Position numbers and translations under genes: made by a program. A model generated the notes under the pieces. The model saw nothing but the letters and a program-made list of their open reading frames with translations, did not search any database and was not told the DNA's origin. A stretch of 63,987 nt of DNA, the filler included, from Circinaria calcarea (lineage: Eukaryota), in the NCBI GenBank assembly GCA_051942165.1. It is 36 parts of 36 records of this genome, joined end to end, with 100 filler letters (N's around TTAATTAATTAA, not from the genome) between each part and the next. Parts side by side here need not be neighbours in the genome. Positions count along the whole stretch, not along the records: positions 48,127 to 49,801 come from JAVECS010004366.1; positions 49,902 to 51,576 come from JAVECS010004367.1; positions 51,677 to 53,351 come from JAVECS010004368.1; positions 53,452 to 55,125 come from JAVECS010004369.1; positions 55,226 to 56,898 come from JAVECS010004370.1; positions 56,999 to 58,671 come from JAVECS010004371.1; positions 58,772 to 60,443 come from JAVECS010004372.1; positions 60,544 to 62,215 come from JAVECS010004373.1; 28 more parts are not named here. One strand, given 5' to 3'. Positions 49,102 to 61,106 of the stretch are shown piece after piece. Every line of letters starts with the position of its first letter. Position 1 is the stretch's first letter.

Positions 49102-50472
49102 AGAGAACCCTTTGATAGTCATTCAATCTTTGCATCATTCCCAAGAAAACTTCATCGTACCCTCACATATCCCTTAAGCCGTTGCTCTGGCAGAACCGAA
49201 CCGTGCGTTCCTTGGATACAAGATTAGGATCGGTCAAGCTACTCCGTAGGAAGGCACGGACGAGAGGCTGGGGTGGCACGGTTCCGTTCTGCCAGAGCAA
49301 CAGCTTAAGGGATACATACGGGATACGGGATACAGTGTTGCCTACCCCTACCCCTAACCAAATGAAAATGTAAATTTCCCTCATTGATCTTTTCATCAAA
49401 AGTCTCCTTTTGCCATGTCTTTTTGTCCTCTTCACCCTTAATCTCTATCTTACCCTAACCCTAAGATTGACTCCGTTTAACTTTAAAATCCCCCTTTACC
49501 CTTATCGCTACCGTACCCTATCCTACCCTATCCTACCACACCTTGGCTGTTTGGTTGTTTAGTTGTTTAGTTCTTCCGATCCGGTTATTCTTTTCGTCCC
49601 TTTGATTTTTTCAAGCCTTTTTTCTTTTTTGTTTTTTTTTCCTGCCTGCTTCTATTTTCTCCAAAGTAAACGGCCACCGCGGAATTACCCATTACGAAAT
49701 CAATTAAGCTCCCCCTCATCTTCCCTTCCTTGCCTCTGAGGAATTCCATGGAGAAAAACTTTTTCGTGAACAGAACTTGGGGGACTCGGGGACTCGGGGA
49801 CNNNNNNNNNNNNNNNNNNNNNNNNNNNNNNNNNNNNNNNNNNNNTTAATTAATTAANNNNNNNNNNNNNNNNNNNNNNNNNNNNNNNNNNNNNNNNNNN
49901 NGACCGAGGTAACCGCCTGCCTGTGCGGTTTTCATTATCGAACCCTAAAACTCGAAAGAACGACCTGTTCCGTACACCAATAATCATAACGTTCTTGATC
50001 GTGGTCGACATCTTACAAAGGTATGCTAGTCAGGTATAAGGACGGATGGAGAGCTGGTCTAGCAATTATAATTTGCGTGGGATAAGAAAGCCAAGAACTG
50101 ATAACGGAAAGCTGCTTGTAGTAGGAAATCCGAAGCTGGAGGGACTCTATAGGACTTATAACCAACCCTCACGGCCATGATCAGATCCTTATCGTGACGT
50201 TTACTGCCAGACAGGGAATATGATGTCACGTGCTCTTGGCAATCATTAAGGAATGCTTATTCATCCTCATACATATTAAAAAGCAGATACTGATTAGACA
50301 CTACGCATGCACAAGCGGTACGGAAAACAGAAGATTAGTCTCCTAAAAACAAACATACCTAATTGTTGAGAGCCTGGATCCGATAGGATGAGGGCTAGGG
50401 TTCGTATATCGTGTCCCATATCTTCCACAGTCGCTGTGCATCCATTTTCATGCTATTACCAGAGTAGTATGT

Positions 50473-51576
50473 TCAACTCTTGATCTCGACCTCCGCTGCT
50501 TTTCTAAGTCTATTCATGACAGCCGCGGCCGCATCACCCTCGCTATCGTCTATACCCTCTACAAAAATCACATCCACCCCCTTTTGGTCCAGCTCCCGCA
50601 AGCCGGAAAAGAGATTTCGCGCTATGTTTGTTGTGGTGTTGCCGAGACTGATGTCCAAAATCTCTAGTTCTTTTAGTTTACCGTCGCCGCCATCCACTGA
50701 GGTTGTTCTTAACTGGTCGGCTTTCCACCGCCTTGTCCGTAATATGCCAATGCTCTTTACTCCATGCGCAATGTAATCGCTTACAATGCTTATGTCGAGC
50801 CTGCCACTTCCAATGCCTGGCTCGACTAAGATAACCTTAGCTCTAGGCGAGTAGTGCTTGTACTTCATTCCCGGCGCCCTTGGTGCATTTCCCCCCTCTG
50901 CCCCATCCTTGTACCCTTTCACTACGTTCGCCCAACCCCGGCACTCCCTGATTTGATCAAGCGATATTCCGCCGGGCCTTAGAACCAACGGCGGATTTGA
51001 TAACCCATCTACCACTGTGCTCTCAACGCCAACTTCACATGACCCAGCATCGAGTATAATCTCAATCCGTCCATTGAGGTCGTGTAAAACGTGTTCAGCA
51101 GTGGTAGGTGAGGGTTTGCTAGAGGCATTGGCGGAAGGAGCAGCGAGAGGAGTATCAGCAATCTTGATCAGAGCAAGAGCTAAGGGAGATGAGGGCATTC
51201 GAACACCGAAGGTTGGAAGTCCCGCCGTTACTTCTGGCGCTAGAACTGTGTCTGGTGGATTAGACAGGAGTATCGTAAGGGGACCGGGCCAGAACCGCCG
51301 GATCAACGGGTGATAGATTGCAGGAATGGGATCGGCGTCGTTCCTGTCTGGAGACTTGGAAGTGGTCAAAGTTGACTTTGCATAAGGTTGAAGGAGGTGT
51401 TGTAGTTGAGTCAGTGAGCAAATATGTACAATGAGGGGATTGTCCGCCGGCCGTTGTTTTGCCTTGTAGATTCCAAGCACAGCAGAACTCCGCGTTGCAT
51501 CTGCTCCCAATCCATAAACTGTCTCGGTAGGAAAGGCAACGGGAGTGTCGGCAGACCGCAACTTATCAGCTGCTTC
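50473..51576 (-). CDS. SUA5: Threonylcarbamoyl-AMP synthase Sua5, 5'-truncated
   Basis: VAFPTETVYGLGADA, KQRPADNPLIVH, FWPGPLT, AAPSANAS, PGMKYKHYSP, MNRLRKAA. Confidence 0.97.
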   Translation of the reverse strand, partial: EAADKLRSADTPVAFPTETVYGLGADATRSSAVLGIYKAKQRPADNPLIVHICSLTQLQHLLQPYAKSTLTTSKSPDRNDADPIPAIYHPLIRRFWPGPLTILLSNPPDTVLAPEVTAGLPTFGVRMPSSPLALALIKIADTPLAAPSANASSKPSPTTAEHVLHDLNGRIEIILDAGSCEVGVESTVVDGLSNPPLVLRPGGISLDQIRECRGWANVVKGYKDGAEGGNAPRAPGMKYKHYSPRAKVILVEPGIGSGRLDISIVSDYIAHGVKSIGILRTRRWKADQLRTTSVDGGDGKLKELEILDISLGNTTTNIARNLFSGLRELDQKGVDVIFVEGIDDSEGDAAAAVMNRLRKAAEVEIKS

Positions 51577-52324
51577 NNNNNNNNNNNNNNNNNNNNNNNN
51601 NNNNNNNNNNNNNNNNNNNNTTAATTAATTAANNNNNNNNNNNNNNNNNNNNNNNNNNNNNNNNNNNNNNNNNNNNGGGGAATTGTTTGATATCTTGATC
51701 CCTTATTCTATTCCTCATTCCTCATTCTGAATGATTTAAAATGGATTGATTGAATTTTGTTTCGGTTTCGTTTGGTTGGGATTATGGTACAATAACCGAC
51801 TGACCCTGACCCTGACCCTGACTCGAACTAAACAAAAGCCCCTATTTATTTATCTGCAACAAGTTGTCGCGCGGGGCAAGGGGAAGGAGTTGAGTGGAGT
51901 GGAGTTGAGTTTGTTCGAGGGGACTGATTTGGAAACTTTTTGGGCGGGTTTTTTTTAAAAAGCGTTAATGTAGTTAGGTGCATTCATCGGAGAGAGGAGG
52001 GGGGAAAATGAAGGAAAATAGGAGAAGAGATGCGTTTGAGTGATTGAAGTCATTGAATTTAGGGAGTACTCTCATCATCTATTAAACTGTCTCGATGGCG
52101 ATAAATTCAACAGAGGAAAAAACTAGATAGAATCCAAGTATGTAGAAATACATTGTCCCCAGCATAAAGTCATGTCAATACCCAATTTTCCCTTTCCCCT
52201 TTCCACTATCCTTTCCCATTTCCAGTTTCCAAAGCACACATCAAAGCCCCGGGTATCTCATGCAGTCAGTCCCATTCCCAACCCCGAAACACCGATATGT
52301 ACCTGCTTAGTTACAAATCACCCT

Positions 52325-53350
52325 TTACCAATCCCCTTGGAACCAATCACTCCAGACTCCCCACTCCACTCGCACACCAAACTCCCCCAACGCGCCCTCG
52401 ACCCAGGCCCTGAGGCCCTTTTCTCTATCGAACGTCGATCCGGGCCTACAGATTCTCACTTCTCTCAGTGCAACGTCGTCTTCGTCCAGCTCGTCCAGCT
52501 CGTCTTCCATCATGCCCCTGTGGGAAGGCACAACTACGAGCGGAAGAGCGAGGTCGAGAAACAGGAGAGAACAGGACGGAGAAGCGAGAAAGCTCCACAG
52601 AGCCTGGAGGGTGTGAGTGGGAACGAGAGGATGATTGGTTGCTAGGCGTAAGGTTTTCAAGGGCAGAGACGAGATGGGGGCGAAGAGGTCCGGCGTAGTG
52701 AATATCAGTTGAGGTTTAGAAGCGGTGGAATCTAGGGCATCGTAGATGGACAGACTTTTGAGACTGCCGAGAGAGCCTAGGAGGGCGGGAGTGATGCACT
52801 GCACGCGAAGGGGTCCGGTGTAGCCGGGACGCTGCTGGAAGGTCAAGCCTGCTGAAGGACTGGTGATAGAGAGAGAAGAAAGATAAGGAAGGCCAGACAG
52901 CGCGGCTTCTGTTTCCGCTGGACCGGTGGTTGAGAAGCCGGTGAGGCGAAGGGTGCGAAGATGACGGAAGTTTGAGATAAAGGTTGTAGGCATTAGGTCG
53001 TTTTGTATGCTCAAGGTTTGAAGGGAAGGGAACCGTCTCCCTAGCTCTTGAGAAAAGGACACGAGCATATGGAAGGAAGGGCGAGGATCGGACTGCTTGC
53101 ATTCAAGGATCGTGAGGTCTTTGACGTTGGGCATGAGGGAGAAGGCTTCCCCTATTTGCTTGACCTGCTGATCACAAGCTTTGTCATAGGGATTATCGCT
53201 ACATGCCCCAGGAGTACCCGGAGAGACCTTGACTCGGCGGAGGCGTTCACCCAGTGCTCCGACAATCCTCTTGGCGTCGATGTCATGGAGCTTGAACTTG
53301 ATGGTGGTAACATGGCGAAGTAGGTCGCGGTCGATCTTCTTGAGCCAACT
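52325..53350 (-). CDS. Hypothetical leucine-rich-repeat (RNI-like) protein, 5'-truncated
   Basis: Frame is open to the contig edge; repeated LxxLxL units (FPSLQTLSI, LRTLRLTG, LSSLSI, LKSLSI). Confidence 0.65.
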   Translation of the reverse strand, partial: SWLKKIDRDLLRHVTTIKFKLHDIDAKRIVGALGERLRRVKVSPGTPGACSDNPYDKACDQQVKQIGEAFSLMPNVKDLTILECKQSDPRPSFHMLVSFSQELGRRFPSLQTLSIQNDLMPTTFISNFRHLRTLRLTGFSTTGPAETEAALSGLPYLSSLSITSPSAGLTFQQRPGYTGPLRVQCITPALLGSLGSLKSLSIYDALDSTASKPQLIFTTPDLFAPISSLPLKTLRLATNHPLVPTHTLQALWSFLASPSCSLLFLDLALPLVVVPSHRGMMEDELDELDEDDVALREVRICRPGSTFDREKGLRAWVEGALGEFGVRVEWGVWSDWFQGDW

Positions 53351-53539
53351 GNNNNNNNNNNNNNNNNNNNNNNNNNNNNNNNNNNNNNNNNNNNNTTAAT
53401 TAATTAANNNNNNNNNNNNNNNNNNNNNNNNNNNNNNNNNNNNNNNNNNNNATTAATAACCATTTATTATTCTTCGTAATTCCGCGCGGTATAATAACGT
53501 GAAAAACCAAAAAAACATAAAATACGATTAATCTCTCAT

Positions 53540-55125
53540 CAGTGATTCCAATAAGAGGTACATGTTTCGAACAGTACTGGTACATACGGTACAGTACAAG
53601 GGCTTTCCTTTTGTACCATGGGACAGTACATCGATGCTGTTTTGTTCAGTACTGTACTGGTACAAACATGGGTCGGCGGCGAGGTTATTTATAGTGTAAT
53701 ATTGCTTGAATTGATGTGGTTTTGCGGCATTCCTGCGCCAAGAATGAGGCTCGGCGGAGCCATAATAGTGAAAATTTGCCTGTAAAATGCTCTTATCAGC
53801 TCTTCATATTCTTCAAGCATTGCCACATCGCTATAGACGCTATGGATATCGATCCTGACCTCGCTGTCGCCTCCCCTACCGTAATATCGACCCCGGCTAC
53901 CTTCCCGATTGGCCAGCGTAGGCCTCGTTTGCCCTGGTCATCGGCAGACCTCCACGGCGAGAGAATATCTCTTGATGGGATCAAATATACCGTGATCCCT
54001 AAAAGCGCAACCAAACGCGCGGGTGCTTCGTGGATATGGAACCATGGGCCAGAATGTAGACGAGCAGACAACGCTCACCCATATTGGCTGTGCGGTTTCT
54101 GCTGGGATACGAATAAGAACAAGATTATCCAAGCCGCGAATACCACCAGGGCCAATAAGCATTTAGCTCAAGTTCATCATATCAATTCGGACGGCCCTAT
54201 CGAGATCGAGCCCTTAAAGCAACCTACAGTCATAGAAATGCAACGCGCAGGCGCGGAGAGTAATCTTTCAGCGTATAAGATAGTCTCACAGTTCACCGTC
54301 GACCTATTCCGCAAGAAACTGCTTGTATGGATCATCCTTTGTCATATTGCGCTTGCGGTCATTGAAACTGTAGCTTTTCAAGAATTGGTGGAAGTGCTTA
54401 ACCCTGCGGTCAAGGGGTATATGTTCAAAAAGGCTGATACACTGAGGACGTTGATAATGCGTTCATATGAAGAGTTGAAAACGCAGGTTCGCGAGGATAT
54501 GAGAAAGTCTAAGAGCAAGATTCATATTAGTTTTGACCTGTGGACCTCTCCTAACGCGATGGCGTTGTGTGGGATCGTTGCTCACTATCTCTCTGAAGAC
54601 CTAAGTCATAAATCGATGCTCATCGCATTAAGAAGGATAGAAGGCTCGCATTCTGGCGAGAATATAGCTGAAGCTATTATCAAAGTCATCCTCGAATTTG
54701 AGATTGGCAACAAAATCGGATTCTTCGTTACTGACAACGCGGACAACAATAATACTTGCATCAACGCAATTTGCTTGAAACTTGGACTATCCAAAGCAAA
54801 ATCACGTCGTCTTCGCTGCCTCGGTCATATCATTAATCTAGCTGCGAAATCCTTGCTTTTTGGAGCTGATCCGGACGCTTTTGAGCTGGACATTAATGAT
54901 GAGCGACAATTGAAATTAGAGGTTAAGCACGAACAAGAATTACTGAGTTATTGGCGAAAGCGCGGTCCAGTAGGTCGTCTTCACAATATTATTCTTTGGA
55001 TTCGGAGGACACCACAACGCCGTCAAGCCTTTATGAAATTTGCCTCTGATGATCCTGAGGCTATTCAGCGTAAGTCTATATGATTCCGAATTAATCCGAT
55101 TCATCTGTGGTAGATATATACTGAG
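53540..55125 (+). mobile_element. hAT-superfamily transposon (restless/Tfo1-like): left end and transposase (likely ATG 53842), 3'-truncated
   Basis: Candidate TIR CAGTGATTCCAA at 53540, then many CAGTAC/TGGTAC subterminal repeats; BED finger W..WLCGFC..HLAQVH; SFDLWTSPN, TDNADNN, RCLGHIINL; GTAAGT donor at 55070. Confidence 0.9.
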
Positions 55126-55225
55126 NNNNNNNNNNNNNNNNNNNNNNNNNNNNNNNNNNNNNNNNNNNNTTAATTAATTAANNNNNNNNNNNNNNNNNNN
55201 NNNNNNNNNNNNNNNNNNNNNNNNN

Positions 55226-56898
55226 ACGACTTCATCATACCACTATTGAATGCAGGAGCTGATATTAACGCCCCTTATCTCGGAAAGTATGGTTCATATC
55301 GGGGCATGACGGCTTTAGGGTTTGCTTGTCTGTATTCGAGGTTAGAAACTGTTCAAAAGCTTTTATCTTTCGGAGCGGAACTATCCCTTCGTGATGAGAT
55401 GGGGAGAACTCCGATTTATCTCGCCTTAACGCCAAGTTCAACCAGAATTGATGGTTCTCAAAGATTGCTTCTAACATCTCTACTAGAGCATGGCGCTGAT
55501 ATAGATGTTCGTGATAAAAGAGGCTATTCTCCCGCCAACATAGCAATGCTATATCAAGATATCGATAGCCTTGCTACCCTAATGGATGCTGGTGGTGACG
55601 TGACTTATCCAAGGGAGACAGCTATCTGTAATAATGGATATTACAAGCTCTCTTGGACTATAGCAAATCGCTGGCATCTTGTTTTCACGTTTCTACTGGG
55701 CCGGCACGAGATTGACGCTCATGATCTCGATCCAATATCCGGAAAATCTGTGCTTCACCTCCTGGCGCAGAACCTTGACAGACGTATGTTGGTAATCTTT
55801 GAGGAGGCAGTGGATATACATGGTTTCAGGACCGATGCGGTTTCAGATCTTGTCAACAACCCTGAAGCCTTCATGCACATAGAATCGAAAGAGAATTATG
55901 CCGCCAAACAGGGGTTTCTTGACCTTATGCGAAGGGTTAAAATTGAAAACCCTGTACATAGGGTCACAAGGGTCGTGGATTCAGATGTCATCAAAGGTTC
56001 AACCAAGCGACTGTCATCTCAATCGGGTAACTATTTGCAGGCAATCAAATACAAATATAATGATGGAGACGGTCCACTTTCGACCGCTACACCTTCTGGC
56101 GTTTTTTATACAGAAACCCAGAAGCATATTACTACGTCTTTCATGGAGGAGTACTCCGACAGCGATAATGAGGACTTGGACAACGAATTTGCCTTGATGT
56201 CATGGCATCCTAAAAGAAATACGGCCCGTCGGAAAGCCCAATCTGAATTCCATGACTCAGGATATGTTTCCGCTGAATCTGAGTATACGACTGGGCACGA
56301 AAATATAGCTGCAAGTGATCCTATTAGGCTGAAAAGACGCAGGATAGGATTCGAGGATGGTCTCGGTGGAGATTTTACCATACAAGAAATACAAGCTGCA
56401 GTTGCAACCCTCATCGATGACCAAGAGAAATTTGCTTCTAGTACTCAGACGAACCAACTGGAACCCGATATCAGTTTCACCCATCGTTTATCAACAGCAT
56501 TCGCTCCTTGGCCAGTAATGTTCTGGAGTATGCTTGGCAAGATGAAGAGACATTTGATACAAGTGTTACGACCTCGCATTCCGGCTGGTTTTAGTAGAAT
56601 ATCGTGGAACTGCGTGAGTAAGCATGAAATTTTATTTGTTGCTTACTAATGGCCTTAGGATTGCGGTGCCGAGTTATACGCCGACTTTCCATCTAATGAT
56701 TCAGATGGTATTACAGTGTTGGCGGCGGCCCTCGGAGCTTCCTCAGTTACGTCAAGTAGTTCCAGAGGCGACGGATCACTACCATCTTTGCCTCATTCTG
56801 CTCATCCAGACTCATGTACTGGACAGAATAGACCCATATCAAGTCAGCAGTCACCGCAACGTAATCAAACCATAGACAATGATAGTTCCAGCGCACAG
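55226..56898 (+). CDS. Ankyrin-repeat protein with C-terminal WxCxCG..LYADF region, truncated at both ends
   Basis: GADINA..GMTALGFA, GRTPIYLA, HGADIDVRDKRGYSPA, GKSVLHLLA; an intron at about 56615-56659 joins RISWNC|DCGAELYADF. Confidence 0.8.
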
Positions 56899-57206
56899 NN
56901 NNNNNNNNNNNNNNNNNNNNNNNNNNNNNNNNNNNNNNNNNNTTAATTAATTAANNNNNNNNNNNNNNNNNNNNNNNNNNNNNNNNNNNNNNNNNNNNGT
57001 ATCAGGGAGGGAGAGGGGGAGGGGAGGGATGATATGTGCATCCTCGACGACTTTCGTGGAAGCGATTCGGTGTAATTTTTTATCGAAATTTGGGGGTTGA
57101 AATGTACCAGAATAAGTTAGTGCGATTACCCAGAAATAAAAAATGGCTAGGTACGTCATTTGGCCCTGCCCCGCGAGATATATAAACATTGACGCCTGTC
57201 CTAATC

Positions 57207-58205
57207 TCACAAATTCCCAACCCACGCCATTCGACTTTTCATGGACTCCCACCTCGGTCCTTTGGCCCTTACCAGTGGACTCGCGAGCACCTCCTCCGCA
57301 TCATTTGACTCCCCAGTCTGCCCGACGAGGTGTTGCGTCTGACCTATTTTTCATTAGTATGATCCTTCGTGCCTCTTGCTCAAACCCAAACTTACCCATT
57401 CCGAAGGGAGTGAAATTCTTGTAAATATTCTCCCAATGTCCCTTGGGCATCGCGTAGACCTCATGCATCATCCCCAGGTGGGGATGCGACTTCGTCATTC
57501 GATTGAACCAATCCCACCCCTCACGGTGTGCCGGTCCCTGTGCAAACTCGTGCAGATGGGCCATGGACTTCCAGTATGAGAGCGTGATGATTGCATTACC
57601 CGTCTCATCATCTGTCGCAAGCATGTCGGAGGACCGGCCCAGGTCTGTTGGAAAAGGAAGCCTGTCAGTGGCTCAGATACGGCAAGAGAATTTCAAAGAG
57701 AAGGAAGGGGGAAGAATTATACATCCTGATGCCGCGCGATCAGACTCAGCTTCTTTCCACATATTTTGGAAGTAATCGCCTGCTTGGAGGAAGCCGGGGG
57801 CGAACCGACTTAGAGGGCTAGTAAATATGCGTGAGCAAAGATGAACCTGCCACGCTGGATTTTAGAAATTCACTGGTTCGAGCGCGCGCCAATGATGAAG
57901 ACGACAATCTCTTCATCCACGTTTTTCTCTATGCCGGAGTTGCCCTCAAGAGGTAATTGCGCTGTGACCCGTCCTTTTATGACCTTCTCTTGTGTTGTGT
58001 CGCGTATTAATCCGCCAACCATTAAGGCAACTTTGACAATACGTGCGCCAAGGATAAGTGTGGCAGGGAGAAGAGCAATTCTCGTAGGAAGGCATAGGAA
58101 GAGGAGGGACTGAAGGCAAGCTCCAAGCAGGAGCCAGGTGCTGAGTCTGAGATCATCTCGAATAATGGAAGCAATGGTCGGATCAAGGCGTGGAAAAGGA
58201 GGCAT
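57207..58205 (-). CDS. DUF4188 family putative monooxygenase (Af470/ABM-like), apparently complete, three introns
   Basis: LSTWLLLGACLQ, VVFIIGARSN, PLSRFAP, SYWKSMAHLHEFA..HREGWDWF..HLGMMHEVY..ENIY.N..P.G. Confidence 0.8.
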
Positions 58206-58771
58206 CGCTTGAGAAATTGACGGTGTGTAATTCACAAGTGTGGTTGGACGAAATATTTACTCTTGTATATGTAGGAAAAGGCCGAACGAAGGACCATGTT
58301 GCTGCAGGTAGAAAGACTTGGATCTGAGCCTCTGTCTCGCAGCATATCATATCCATGTGTTCTACCGCAGTTCAAGTAACCAGCATAGCTCGCAAGAACC
58401 GCTCGGCCCACGGATACTTGCCATCATGGGTGAGTCGTTCCGATTGTTGGATATGCGTGAATGTGATTCCAATTTAGTAATCCGTCGCATATGTAGTTGA
58501 TAGGGTACATGTCCGGCACACACCTCCATTGCTGCAGTGGACCTTTAGGCGAACCGTCCACCCCGGTTGGGCCAAAGCTCCGTGTTTCGCTGCTTTAAAA
58601 TTCCCGGAAAATCCGCCGTTTGGTTTCGGATTCCCGCCATTTCCCAACTTTCTTGATTCCGCCAAAGCTATNNNNNNNNNNNNNNNNNNNNNNNNNNNNN
58701 NNNNNNNNNNNNNNNTTAATTAATTAANNNNNNNNNNNNNNNNNNNNNNNNNNNNNNNNNNNNNNNNNNNN

Positions 58772-59271
58772 TATGAAGGCGAAGAAAGTGACCAAGTTGG
58801 AAGCGACTCCGGAATCCGAGCAGGACTGGAAGAAGCGTGTTGCGTTTCACTGGAACGCGACGCTTCATCCGAACACGAAGTCGTGGTACCAAGGCAACAA
58901 TATACCGGGCAAGCCGGTTGAAGCTCTGAACTGGTCTCTATGCTCCCTTCCCCCCTCCCTTTTTCTTCCCTTCTAGCACTCCACTAACTCATCCCCGAAA
59001 TCAGGGCCGGCGGTCTTCCCGCGTACACGAAAATCTGCCGAAGCGTCAAAGACTCCAACTACCGAGGTTTCACAATGTCAGGGCTTTTTCCCCAAAAAAT
59101 CACTCCTGAGTCTGGCAAATAATGCTAACCTCGCATGAAAACAGGACTTCCCAGCCAACCGAGGCCATTGAACTTCCAATCTACCACGCAGATAACAGCG
59201 GTACCCCGGAGATAAACAACTTCCTCGAGTTGACAATGGTTAAATCGCATCCGCAGGTCATTTTGGTATAG
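58772..59271 (+). CDS. Baeyer-Villiger (cyclohexanone-type) monooxygenase, C-terminal part; last exon uncertain
   Basis: LEATPESEQDW, KSWYQGNNIPGKPVEALNW|AGGLPAY..YRGF. Confidence 0.85.
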
Positions 59272-59865
59272 TGGTGTATGGGGATTGGGAAAAAAGTGCC
59301 CTTACCCATATAGATTTTCTTATCTTCGCATTCCATAGAATGATGTAGCAGGGCTATCGGGCGACCGTTTTTTGACCCTACCCGGAAAAGTTGCTCTTAT
59401 GTATTTCTACCCTTGGACGTTTTAGATTTAGGTTTACTAGATTAGATTATCAGATCAACGACATGTTTCAATGCTACTGGGTTGAAAGGGGATTGGAGGA
59501 GCTTAGATTACGGTCGTTAGCTAGCGGGGGTGCCAAAAAGAGGACAACAAGGCTTCCCTGAACAAATATAAAATCAGTCTACACGTCTCTACTTCACGGT
59601 CCAGGCATATCATGTAATGACGAGAACCTTAATTTATTATCTAAAGAAAATGGTCCGATAATTTTATTTGGCAGCTTATATATCTGTACCTGTTTTACCT
59701 TATTGCTATGTAATCCCTTTTTTTCTCTCCCGTATACCCCTATTTCTCACACCATAAACCTTTTCGGATCGGAATACCTTGCGCCGATAGTAACCCCTTC
59801 CTCTCCTCGTTCCTCGTCGTCTCGGGGCAAGTATTTACGAACAAGTTATATACAATTCTTGGACA

Positions 59866-60443
59866 TTATTGTGCAACGGCTTGCAGGACCTGTCCGATTA
59901 TTTGTGTCGTCGTTCCGAACCCTTGCTCCAAATCGTCATAGTTCTTTTTCATCCCCGCGGTTCCTAGCTGCCGTTCCTTCTTTTCCTCTTGCTCTTCACT
60001 TGGCGCGAGAATCGTGACAGGGGTTTCCCGGCTGAGATTATAGCACTCGTCAGCGCAGGAGAGGGTGATCCTCCATTTCAAGCTGTATTTGAGGGAAATG
60101 TTGTAGGTGGAGAATGTAGGATAGATCTGGCGTTTGAAGGAGATAGCTGGCTGTCTGAGGGTGGAGGAGGCGGAGCAGCCGAGGAGGATGAACAGATACG
60201 AGCCTAGGTTGAAGGAGCTGGCTTGTAGGTCCGAATCGATCGATGGAGATGCTGTCAAACCGTTCGCGATGGGCGGTGGTGCTAGGAGAGTGCTTTGTTG
60301 ATCTGTTTGACGTTCAGGTACGGAAATGACATGCTTTGAGTCTGCTGGTTGAATGACCGGAACTACCACAGGCCTGAAATACTTCCGGAACGGGAAATCA
60401 AAGGTGTGGTTCTTCTCAGTGCTTGAATCCCAGAAAATCCCTG
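59866..60443 (-). CDS. Hypothetical protein C-terminus, arrestin-C-like
   Basis: IYPTFSTYNISLKYSLKWRITLSCA resembles the beta-sandwich end of fungal arrestin-like proteins. Confidence 0.5.
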
Positions 60444-60543
60444 NNNNNNNNNNNNNNNNNNNNNNNNNNNNNNNNNNNNNNNNNNNNTTAATTAATTAAN
60501 NNNNNNNNNNNNNNNNNNNNNNNNNNNNNNNNNNNNNNNNNNN

Positions 60544-61106
60544 AGAGAACTATGATACCTTGATTACGAAATGCGCTCTGCATGGAAGCAAGCTCCTGAA
60601 GAAGCCAGATCAGTGTAGGGCGGTTTATCTTGCGAGTCATCTATGGTGGGCCGTGGAGATCCCGGCAAAGGGCGAAGAAGATTCCAAAAACGTATGCACT
60701 GCCTTGCTGGCGCGCCTCATGATGTAGCTGACGGGATTTATAGATTTACCGCGATGGCAAGCGTGTCCTCGAATGTCTTCAACGAGCTTTACGGGTAGCC
60801 GACGCCTGCATGGACTCTGCGGTTTCAGTAGAGCTCTTTGTCGAAATCCTGAACCGATACGTATATTACTTTGATCAGCAGAACGAAAACGTAAGTCTAA
60901 CCGTAAATGGTTTTGGTCACGCTTTGTTACTTACAGCCTCCCAGGTGACGATTAAATACCTGAACGGCCTGATAGAGCTCATCCATTCGAACCTCCAAAC
61001 TAACCAGGAGACTGCATCGTTGGAGGGTCCACGGCGGCACTTCGAACGAACGCTGGAGTACATCAAGAGCAGGGAATATGAGGGCATTATAACCGAACCG
61101 AAATAG
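60544..61106 (+). CDS. VPS35: Retromer subunit Vps35, C-terminal part
   Basis: [72 protein letters not shown]; two introns. Confidence 0.97.

Noticed and set aside
49450..49470. CCCTAACCCTAA as a telomere or telomerase RNA template
   Set aside because: Only two units within pyrimidine-rich low-complexity 3' flank, with no supporting structure.
53716..53841. N-terminal extension of the hAT transposase from a GTG start
   Set aside because: Eukaryotic context favours an ATG; 53842 (MDIDPD) is the likely start.
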